The translations under genes and the position numbers were made by a program. From positions 4,336 to 68,335 of the IMG/VR virus record IMGVR_UViG_3300025066_000003: a stretch of DNA of 64,000 bases; one strand, 5' to 3'. The stretch is from a virus. Taxonomy: Duplodnaviria > Caudoviricetes. The notes beneath the pieces are model-generated. The model did not search any database and was not told the DNA's origin. It saw only the letters and a program-made list of their open reading frames with translations. Shown here in pieces: positions 55,401-64,000 of this stretch. How positions within the stretch are numbered: the first letter of the stretch is position 1; every line of letters starts with the position of its first letter.

Positions 55401-57953
55401 AAAGTTTACACTATGCGTAGACCAGACCCAGAATCCATAAGCATTGTGCCCTTCTTCTATGATACAATCTTTAATAGTACAGTTACGGGCAGCAGCACTA
55501 TACTCATCCCCTAGATAGGGTGCGTGTACAAATACAGAGAAAACCTTGAAACCGTTATTGTAGTCTCCATCATAATAATTCTCCGAGTCCTCCTGAACTC
55601 CATAGGAACCCAATGGGTGATATAACTTAAACTTACAATCACGAACTAAGATATCACCGAGAAGGTCTGAGGGGTCTTGGTCATCCGCAGAGCTTGCAGA
55701 TCCCATTCTAATAGCACCACAGAAGGGGTAGTATTCAGAACTTGTTTTGTATCCTGTGAAGGTCATATCGAAACGAAAACCCTCAACCACCACAGTGTTG
55801 CAATCCGTTAAAGAAGCAAACATTAGCCCACCATAGGTGGATATATCGTGGTCTACTATTTTTATTACTGCATTATCTCCCTGTAAACGAATGTTCTCAA
55901 GATCTGTTAAATCTACAACATTATTACCATAAACAGATGTAAAGTCTGAAAACCCAGAACGACTTATGAGATAAGTCCCACTAGGGAAGTATAAGGTTTG
56001 TCCACTACCTAAAGCTGCCGAAGCAGCGATAATAGCCGTAGTGTCATCAGTAACGCCATCTCCCACAGCACCATAGTCTTTAACATTTACTAACTCAGCA
56101 AACCTAGTAGCCAGTGTTCTTCCTGTGGTTGATCCTGTACTTGTAACGTAGCTGCTACTAGCATCACCTGTGTGAGCAATACCAAAGACAACTATATATA
56201 TCTCTGAGCTATGAGGAGGAGCTGTATCAAACGTAAGTGTAGAACCACTAATTGAATAGTCGGTTGCTTTCTGGGTAACCCCGTCGATGTTAACGATAAC
56301 ACTAGCTGAGGTTGTAGTATTAGGTACTTCTCCTAAGGTGAATTCGACAGTAGATCCATCGCCGTATCCTCCAGTAAGACCCCCTGAAATAGCGTTGTCT
56401 CCTACTCCGCCGCTGTAGAATGATTGTGGATCAGCAAATGAAGCTGAGTTCTCCCACTTAGATGTACTTTCATTATAGAAAAGAATATCATTGGCTCCTA
56501 CATCTGTAAACGAAGTATCATTTAGATCTTCCAGTGCTAAGCCATCGGTAGCATCACTAGGTAATGCCATTACCCAATCGGTTCCATCATGTCTAAGGAT
56601 TGTACCCTCAGCAGCACTACCAGAAGTATCCGCAAGATCTTCTACCTTTACACTATCGACATAGTTCATTGTTGCTGCATCCGTGCTAGCCGCAGGTTCA
56701 CCCAGAGAAGTTATTTTGTTTGAATCTAAGTCAAAGTCTCCCGTAGCTGCTGTAGCACCATCAGCTCTAAAATATGCAGACAGGTCATTAGTTGTTGGGG
56801 GTTTAGCTACATACCATCCATCATCACCTTCTGTTTTGTATCGTAAGAAATCTCCTGTTACTACTGCGATGGTAGCACTGTCCTCATCTAAGAATGGAGT
56901 AGCTGTAGTGCCATCGTCGATAACATCATATGTCATTCCTGCTTCAAGAACAGGAGGAGTTGGTGGATCAGCGGGATCAAACTCACCTAAATATACTATA
57001 CCTGAACCATAGAGATCAATAGAATCTTGAATTGTCTTACCACCAGCTGCAGACAAAGCTTTAGTAGAATCATCTGTTGTTGTACTATCAGTTAGATCTA
57101 CATAGATTCCTGTAGAATCCGCAAGGAGTCCACCAGAGGACTTTAGTTTTATATCAAGCACATTACTAGCAAACTCAAGATGATTGGAATTCAAGGTAAT
57201 CGTTAGTTCACCACTAGTGAAACTTAGAGCCGTATCACTATGGAGATCTATGGATAACGTAATACTATCACTTAAGTTATCCCCACCTGTAAGTCCATCT
57301 CCTGTGTATACATATAGATCACTAAGATCAAAAGAGGTACTATCAACATATGAAGAAGGTATCTTACCTGTAGAACCGAGAGGACAAATGCCATCAGCAG
57401 TTCCATAGAATGGGTTAAGATCTGTTGTCTTAAAGATTTTGTCGTGTATTTCTTGAGTTAGATTTAAGAGTTGCTGTGTTTCATGGTTTAGTTGAGAGGA
57501 TGTTAACCTAGAACCAGAGCTCCAGGAAACAAAAGGATTAACTCCATGTGTTTTTCTTACGATAATCAATGTATCATTGTCAGGATCAAATACAGGAAGA
57601 TTGATTGATGTCCCTGATCTATCCCATACGTAATCTGAAGCTGTGGAAGACAGGGTAATTGTCTTGGCAGTATCATCTATAGTATACATAGAACTACCAG
57701 AAGAAGAATCATTAGGTAATGACCACACTTCCCATTGTTCTGCTCCCGTAATCTTTGTTCCTCCGAGACCGTCAGGCGTGGAGGCGGCTTCGAATGTTGA
57801 TGTTGGGGTATGCTGTCGTAAGATTACTAATTGGTCTTGGTCGCTCACTGAATTATTCAGGGTTAGACTACTATATGAATAAGTAAACTGACCAGTATTG
57901 CCAGTGTACTTTACGAATGAGCCATACTCATCGTTAGTATTAATGTTTGCCAC
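52488..57953 (-). CDS. Tail fibre (T7 gp17-like N-terminus) with two tandem beta-helix modules
   Basis: [20 protein letters not shown]; two copies of [22 protein letters not shown]. Confidence 0.85.
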
Positions 57954-57964
57954 GCTTTGTCTCC

Positions 57965-60865
57965 TTAGTCTAAGACTGAACTATAGGTTGGTTTGAAGAA
58001 TCCCCTTAACTCTATGTTTGTTATATTACATGGAGTAGGAAAATCACTCTTGATAAAAATTTGAATCTCGGAAGCATATCCGTAGACTTTACTGGTAAAC
58101 TCTCCGTGTTCTTCGTAGAGTTTGAAGTTTGATAAGGTAGTATTGAAACTATCTATTTGATTTACATTGAAGATACTAGAGAATGCTGAGCGTTCTCTTC
58201 TGTTTACATCTATGGTGTAGTTACCTGTGTTAAAATGACGTGTTGATAATGTTCTTAGGTTCAATACTCCGTTGACGACATTGTTTTCTTTGTCTCGATA
58301 GAAAAGAGGGGAAAGCTCTACATTCATCTCAAACATTCTACCGAAATATATTTTATTACCCACAGTACTATAGTTACCTGATATGGTAATATCTGTTGTC
58401 TCTGCAACTGGATCGTCCGTTACAGATACTACTGCCTGTCTGGTGTATTCTTCTTCGCCCCACCCTACTTGGAAGATTACTTCATCAATAAGAGGATCTA
58501 GGTAAGGTACTGTATATGTCGTAGAATCAGAGACACTTGAGTAACTTGCATTACTCTCAGTGAGTGTTAATAGGTATTTGTGATCTATTCTAGGTATATC
58601 ATATTCCTCATCAGACATTGATGTCTTCTCTAGATATAAATAAGAGGTCCCAGCACTATCTTGTTGGGAGGTAATAGTATACAGATCATCATCAAAGAAT
58701 GTTAATCCTAAAACTTCTGCAGTATCCTTTAGTATCCACCTAGAGAATGAGTTTTGTATAACACGATCTCCTGAGAATCTATTAGTATAGAAATACATCT
58801 TACTTTTATCATCGTTGTCTACAAAGATAATAGTATCTCGAGACGCTGCTACACCAACGGCAGCATAATCACTTGGTATATAATTAGGACAATGTGAGCT
58901 AACCTCTACTGCGGTATTAAGATTAGATGCCTCGGATGAAAAGTATAGATACATTCTATTGGGTGAGAAGAAGTATATCTGAGATCCCATAAGTACTGGA
59001 TCAACCATCGGTGATGTACTATAGAATGCCGTAGGTGCTAACTCAGCTGTGAACGGTGTGATCTGGTTCTCAGATCCCAAGAGCTCAAACTGAGTATCAC
59101 TATCGGTGTTAATGAAGAGATAATCCGAGAATGGTATCATCGAATTAATTCTTGAGTATTTGTTTGATGAGGCTTGAAGATCTAGAGGATCGCCTGATGT
59201 AATATTCGCTGGATCATTAAGCCATAGATTATCAAAGTCTCCAATTCTAGAGGAGAATAATGTATCTGCCGCACTTAAGAATAATCTACCTCTATAAAAA
59301 GCCATTGAGTTAATCTCAATATGTCGTAGGGTTCCGTCTCTATTTGTAAATACAGAGGGTCCTGGATTGGAGTCAATGCTTCCCGTTGTTCTTGTATCCC
59401 AAGAGACAGGCTCGAGTTTAAAGGAATCTGTATCAACTAAGGATAATAACACGGGCATTCTGTTTATATCTAAGTAGCTATGTTTGTCAGGAGTCCTAAC
59501 ACGTTGGGTATAAGGTCGTCCTTTTCCTCCATCTTCTGGAGTCTTAGAAATAATTCTATAATATCCCGGCAGTGTAGATAGGTATGTACCACTAACGAAG
59601 TAAACTTTACCACGTCCCTCTGAATCTCCAGTGTCTGGATAAAGAGCTGCTAATACAGCCTCTGTTCTATCGCCTGTTCCTGTTCGGGAAGCACCATTAT
59701 TTGCTGTCATGTCTGTAGATAGTGGAGGAAACTTAATTTCACTAAAGTCAGATAACGCTTGTCCTAGGTCTAGATTCTCTACGTCGGGGTATACCCAGTC
59801 TTCTACTAATAGTAACTGTGCATCCCTCTGTTCGTCCCATTCAGTAGTAGCTGTAACAGGATTGTCTGCTCCACCTGTACCAGTGATGTCTTGGTTTGCT
59901 TCATAGATCTTACGATCACTACCGCCTGAACCATACACTACAAGATCACCAGCTAAGTAATCTTCGTATGTATTCCATTCTGTGGCTTTTGCTTGTGGGT
60001 CTTGAGTAGCTGATGTATAGTATCCAATAGGTTTTCCCTTACTGTCTACTGTAGTACTAGTAGAGCCGTCATAATTATAAAGATAATTCTGAGGATTCAA
60101 GAGTCTTACTGTAGCTCCTCCGCTTCCTATGGTTACTAACTCGTTTAACTGATAATCATTTCCTGCATTTATAATATCTAAGATACCATCTACAACACCA
60201 GCTGATTGAGAGACTTTGCAGATTAATCCAGACCCATTATCACTAGTTGTAGTGTATTCTGTAGTAGAATCATATCCTGTACCGCCCTCAATTATATCAT
60301 ATTCCCAAGTACCTATAGTACCTGAGCTTCTAAACGCAGGACCACCATCGGTTGAACTAAATCCTGCTTTGACGTTTCGGTTCAAAAGAAGTACATCTTG
60401 TCCAACTGAGATACCCTTTAAAGATTGTCTAGCATTTGTGGTAGAGCCTACTGGTCTGTATGTTAGATAACTCCTCAGAGCTGAAGATATAATACCATTA
60501 TCAGGTGAGATATCTTTCCACCCACTAGCCAGAACCCTAAAGATCCATAGTAATCTATCAGAACTATTCTCAGCATTAAAATCTACAATAATAAGATACC
60601 TAGATTCTTCTGAAAGATCAAACCAAAAGAACCATAAGTCTTTACCTAAGATATCTGTAATACCTAGATCAACTCTTGTCCCATCTATCTCGGATATAAT
60701 CTGAGACCCTGCTCGTTTGGATATAGATCTCTCTAAAGTAACGAAAGCGTTATCAATGTTCTCGGCTTCTGTTGGTAGTCTCTTACTGGGGGCTTGTCTG
60801 CCCACACCACTAGAGAGAGTATTAATTGGTAATCTAACTTGTGAGTTCTTCTTTGATTTAGCCAT
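57965..60865 (-). CDS. Tail tubular protein B / nozzle (T7 gp12-like)
   Basis: [31 protein letters not shown] motifs; position. Confidence 0.9.
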   Translation of the reverse strand: MAKSKKNSQVRLPINTLSSGVGRQAPSKRLPTEAENIDNAFVTLERSISKRAGSQIISEIDGTRVDLGITDILGKDLWFFWFDLSEESRYLIIVDFNAENSSDRLLWIFRVLASGWKDISPDNGIISSALRSYLTYRPVGSTTNARQSLKGISVGQDVLLLNRNVKAGFSSTDGGPAFRSSGTIGTWEYDIIEGGTGYDSTTEYTTTSDNGSGLICKVSQSAGVVDGILDIINAGNDYQLNELVTIGSGGATVRLLNPQNYLYNYDGSTSTTVDSKGKPIGYYTSATQDPQAKATEWNTYEDYLAGDLVVYGSGGSDRKIYEANQDITGTGGADNPVTATTEWDEQRDAQLLLVEDWVYPDVENLDLGQALSDFSEIKFPPLSTDMTANNGASRTGTGDRTEAVLAALYPDTGDSEGRGKVYFVSGTYLSTLPGYYRIISKTPEDGGKGRPYTQRVRTPDKHSYLDINRMPVLLSLVDTDSFKLEPVSWDTRTTGSIDSNPGPSVFTNRDGTLRHIEINSMAFYRGRLFLSAADTLFSSRIGDFDNLWLNDPANITSGDPLDLQASSNKYSRINSMIPFSDYLFINTDSDTQFELLGSENQITPFTAELAPTAFYSTSPMVDPVLMGSQIYFFSPNRMYLYFSSEASNLNTAVEVSSHCPNYIPSDYAAVGVAASRDTIIFVDNDDKSKMYFYTNRFSGDRVIQNSFSRWILKDTAEVLGLTFFDDDLYTITSQQDSAGTSYLYLEKTSMSDEEYDIPRIDHKYLLTLTESNASYSSVSDSTTYTVPYLDPLIDEVIFQVGWGEEEYTRQAVVSVTDDPVAETTDITISGNYSTVGNKIYFGRMFEMNVELSPLFYRDKENNVVNGVLNLRTLSTRHFNTGNYTIDVNRRERSAFSSIFNVNQIDSFNTTLSNFKLYEEHGEFTSKVYGYASEIQIFIKSDFPTPCNITNIELRGFFKPTYSSVLD

Positions 60866-60866
60866 A

Positions 60867-61523
60867 TTAACCCCTAAAATTCCAGAATCTAAATCTGGAG
60901 GGATCGTTAGAAGTCATTCTATCTCTGTTAATTAAACTATTATTCAAGATATTTCTTCTACGGTGTCGAATATCCGATGCCCTTCCCTTAGCCATACTAC
61001 GCATCTCTTTCTGTGCTAGGTATTGGTCAGCCTCTCCGTCACCTTGGGTAATCATTTGATACCAGCGTGTAGCCGAGGATATAATCCCCTGTTGTATTGC
61101 CGTATCCATATCTTCCCACCTGATTCTTTGCACTATCTCTATAGTATACTCAGTACCTGCATCCCAGTATTCTGTTTGTTCTGTAACATTATAAAGGTAG
61201 CCATTAGGTTCTCCTCGTATGCCTGTTTCTATAACATAGCCGTCATAACCATCTGCACTGTTATCACTTACATGATGGCTTAGTAAATCTACGGATAAAC
61301 AATCAGATGGTAAGACTATTCTTAAATTAGTATCTGGTTTAAGTTTCTTAATATACTTATTACCAGCAATGCCTCGCATTTGGAATTCGTTAGTTACTTT
61401 CTTGAGCATGAACTCAGCAACTTCCGTGTCGATACCAGAGGATTCCTCTAAGTCAGAGACTAGTGATTCACCTGCTGCTAATAGCATTTCATTGACGGCA
61501 TCTAATCTTGTGATATAGCCCAT
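60867..61523 (-). CDS. Tail tubular protein A / adaptor (T7 gp11-like)
   Basis: TRLDAVNEMLLAAGE N-terminus; follows the capsid gene. Confidence 0.9.
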   Translation of the reverse strand: MGYITRLDAVNEMLLAAGESLVSDLEESSGIDTEVAEFMLKKVTNEFQMRGIAGNKYIKKLKPDTNLRIVLPSDCLSVDLLSHHVSDNSADGYDGYVIETGIRGEPNGYLYNVTEQTEYWDAGTEYTIEIVQRIRWEDMDTAIQQGIISSATRWYQMITQGDGEADQYLAQKEMRSMAKGRASDIRHRRRNILNNSLINRDRMTSNDPSRFRFWNFRG

Positions 61524-61537
61524 GATATCCTCCTGTT

Positions 61538-61567
61538 AAATAAAAGACCAATCCCCCCGAAGGGGGA
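61538..61567 (-). terminator. T-phi-like terminator after the capsid gene
   Basis: UCCCCC-UUCG-GGGGGA stem-loop followed by UUGGUCUUUUAUUU. Confidence 0.85.
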
Positions 61568-61596
61568 CCAGCCCGAAGTACGTATAACTAAAGTTG

Positions 61597-62784
61597 TTAT
61601 CCGTTATTTGCACCATATTCAGTAGCGAAATTACTACCGAGATCGGTCGCTAATGCAGCACGAGTAGTAGTACTAGCGTCACTTGTGATGACAGCGCAAC
61701 ATTCAGGACGTAGAACGCCTGTGCCACCCATCATACTAGCAACTGTAAACACAGTATTTCTACGTATGTCATCCACTGTATCAACCTTAAGACCTTGTAG
61801 TCTTAGGGAAGCTACACAACCTGTTTGCCAGATCAAAGCTTTAACACCAGCTGTTGAGAAGTCTAGGTTATATCGTGCTTCACCGAGCGTAGGAGCATCG
61901 GTTGAAGGGATATGATTAGACTTAATAATCTTACAGCCCATGTATTCAAGTGAGTCTTGAAGAGCACCAAGTGGATTACTCCACGGAGCACCTAGACCAC
62001 CAGCTTGTGCAACACCACCAAACATTGGTTGAGCATTGTAAACATTACTGATATCTGCAGCTCTTGCTACACCAAGTGAACGAATGTCCATGAACGCTTG
62101 TGGCGTTACAGCACAATATACACCACCCACAGGGATGTTGTTTTCTTGGAGGTGAACACAGAAGTCTTCGATAGCTTGAAGTACCTTAAGAGCAGCTTCA
62201 ATACGCTTTGAAGAGGATGCAGTTGAAAGCCCGAGATTTGCAAAGTCTGCATCTGAGTACAACGCATTGTCAAGACTCATGTCTGGACGTGGATCGTCGT
62301 CACTTGATGCGTTAGCATCGTCTCGTTGAGATTCAGCACCAGCACGTACTAGGTAAGCAGCAATTTGCTTATCCCGTGTATTCGCTAGAACCAAACCAGC
62401 TTGACGAGCGAGTTCTGCACGGTATTCCCATTGGGTTACCATGAGGTCTACGTTGTCAAGTTCAAAGTGAGCCGCCATTGGACGCTTATCCAATGTTACT
62501 TGGAATGTAGTAGCTGTTGAGTTTGTTCCACCCATTAGCTCTTCACCTGCATCCCATGCAGCTTCGAGATCTACTGTTCCTGTGATTGGAAATTCCATTG
62601 ATCGACCACTAGGGATCGTCTTTGAGTTTACCAAACCTTCGAACATATTATATTCATCATAAGCATGAATTACTTCACCAGACCAAACTGGTAGCCACAG
62701 CTTACCTGGAGGGTTTGCCCCCGAAGTTGCTGCAGTTGTTGAGGATCTATACCCCATGTCAGTATTACCGAGTGAATCAGCCAT
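61597..62784 (-). CDS. Major capsid protein (T7 gp10-like)
   Basis: LWLPVWSGEV, TIPSGRSMEFP, ELARQAG.VLA..RD, G.GVLRPEC. Confidence 0.95.
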   Translation of the reverse strand: MADSLGNTDMGYRSSTTAATSGANPPGKLWLPVWSGEVIHAYDEYNMFEGLVNSKTIPSGRSMEFPITGTVDLEAAWDAGEELMGGTNSTATTFQVTLDKRPMAAHFELDNVDLMVTQWEYRAELARQAGLVLANTRDKQIAAYLVRAGAESQRDDANASSDDDPRPDMSLDNALYSDADFANLGLSTASSSKRIEAALKVLQAIEDFCVHLQENNIPVGGVYCAVTPQAFMDIRSLGVARAADISNVYNAQPMFGGVAQAGGLGAPWSNPLGALQDSLEYMGCKIIKSNHIPSTDAPTLGEARYNLDFSTAGVKALIWQTGCVASLRLQGLKVDTVDDIRRNTVFTVASMMGGTGVLRPECCAVITSDASTTTRAALATDLGSNFATEYGANNG

Positions 62785-62956
62785 AATACTAAACTCCTTA
62801 TATAAAGGTTAAAATATAGGACTATTACTAACACATATAGATTATTCCCTGCAGCGAGAGTCTAACTTGTGGTGGTCATAGAATTTATAAGTCATCCATT
62901 GCCCTTAGGGGGATTTACTTAAGGTATCTATTCCCGATGTATACCTGATCGTCCAA

Positions 62957-63940
62957 TTATTCAGGTAATGTATTCCAATTTGTACGCATCATGCGTTGTT
63001 CTACAGCCTCCCTAAACTTAGGTTCTACCTTAAATCTAGGGTTGTTCCTATCTTGTAAGAACTCACGTCTTGTAGTATAGGTGGTGTAGGTTTGTTTAGT
63101 AGCCGTTTGGTTTACTCTATTTTGAGTAGCCTCAGGCTCATTATTGATAGGTTTAGATTGTGCATCAGCATCATACTTGGACGCTAGTCCTCTGAGGGTA
63201 ATGTCCCTCATGTTTGGAGTAGCCATCCCAGCATTGATACTGTATTGCACATCTTCAGATAAATTCTCAGATGCCCATTGTAACATAGACTGTAGTCGTT
63301 CCATTCCACCGACGACACTCCCTGCCTGAGCATATGATTCTCTCATCTTTGCTTTCTGTCCCGTAAGAAAATCATCAATCATAGGACCATTAAGACCTGT
63401 ACGATTCGTAATATCTTGTCGAGTTTCCTCAGATAGCGTACCTGTGGCAGCCACCTCATAGGACCAATTATCCCAGTTACTTTGGTCTACACCTAGGATA
63501 TTCTCTGAAGCCTCTGAGAGCTCCTCTACGGGTTCCTCTGTTTTAGGAGGGATCCGTAGCTCCCCTTCAGCTAAAGGTTCTGAGACAGCCTCTACGGGCT
63601 TCTCTGGCTCTGTAGCATTTGGGTTTATCGGACCTGTATCTGAGTATTGTTTCTTTAGTTCAGCAATCTCTTGCTGACCTTGAGTATAATTCTTCTGTGC
63701 TTCCTTGAGGGAATCAAACCATGAACCTGCGTCTGCAAAGTTCTCTGGTATAGTTTTTCCACCTTCTTGCACATAAGTTTCAAAAGCAGCACGTTCCCTA
63801 GCAGCGTTTACTTCATCTGCACTTGCTGTAATAGATTGTTCCGTATCACGGACTGTATCCATGATCTCATTAGGAGTCTCCTGTTGGTATTCGAATACCT
63901 CAGGTGATTGTTCCTGTGGAGTCTGATTACTTTCTGTCAT
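62957..63940 (-). CDS. Capsid scaffolding protein (T7 gp9-like)
   Basis: Acidic; GGMERLQSMLQWASENL, DPRF/NPRF-type C-terminus; directly before the capsid gene. Confidence 0.85.
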   Translation of the reverse strand: MTESNQTPQEQSPEVFEYQQETPNEIMDTVRDTEQSITASADEVNAARERAAFETYVQEGGKTIPENFADAGSWFDSLKEAQKNYTQGQQEIAELKKQYSDTGPINPNATEPEKPVEAVSEPLAEGELRIPPKTEEPVEELSEASENILGVDQSNWDNWSYEVAATGTLSEETRQDITNRTGLNGPMIDDFLTGQKAKMRESYAQAGSVVGGMERLQSMLQWASENLSEDVQYSINAGMATPNMRDITLRGLASKYDADAQSKPINNEPEATQNRVNQTATKQTYTTYTTRREFLQDRNNPRFKVEPKFREAVEQRMMRTNWNTLPE

Positions 63941-63999
63941 TTATTCTTTTCCCTTTCGATTGTCCTTAAGCGAGCTTCGTGGTCTTCCAACATATCGTG
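63937..63999 (-). CDS. 3' end of an upstream ORF (HDMLEDHEARLRTIEREKNK*)
   Basis: Open frame whose TGA overlaps the scaffold ATG. Confidence 0.5.
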   Translation of the reverse strand, partial: HDMLEDHEARLRTIEREKNK

Positions 64000-64000
64000 A

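Noticed and set aside
1685-61915. All plus-strand ORFs of 60-189 aa in the track
   Set aside because: They are antisense shadows of well-supported minus-strand genes, with no recognisable motifs
62924-62945. Class A promoter before the major capsid gene (ATCGGGAATAG)
   Set aside because: Only CGGG.ATAG matches; the position is attractive but the match is too weak
1-64000. Prophage or lysogeny module
   Set aside because: No integrase, repressor or host genes; the ParB-like proteins lack the HTH/dimerisation part and there is no ParA

Overview
The window is most of a large T7-like (Autographiviridae-type) lytic podophage genome, assembled circularly permuted, with essentially all genes on the minus strand. 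Read in transcription order from about 27.9 kb downward: small early ORFs, a 700-aa single-subunit RNA polymerase, a ~0.8-kb structured non-coding block, more small ORFs, a DUF932-like gene, and a second 817-aa T7-type RNA polymerase. Replication and nucleotide genes follow (phosphoesterase, SSB, RusA, methyltransferase, primase-helicase, DNA polymerase A, dNMP kinase, exonuclease, dUTPase, class II RNR). From 64 kb downward: scaffold, major capsid, tail tube A/B, two tailspike/fibre genes, terminase, a lysozyme-LysM virion protein and three ejection-type proteins (224, 1485, 3804 aa). The portal gene is not visible and probably lies in the unseen part joining the two window ends. Main observations: (1) two intact, divergent T7-type RNAPs together with two unrelated, position-consistent promoter-like motif families; (2) an unannotated array of five stem-closed RNA domains, each followed by a conserved 9-nt linker AYAAUYUAA; (3) near absence of GATC in the ~9 kb expected to enter the cell first. 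All calls come from motif recognition and manual reading; no database searches or folding programs were run.
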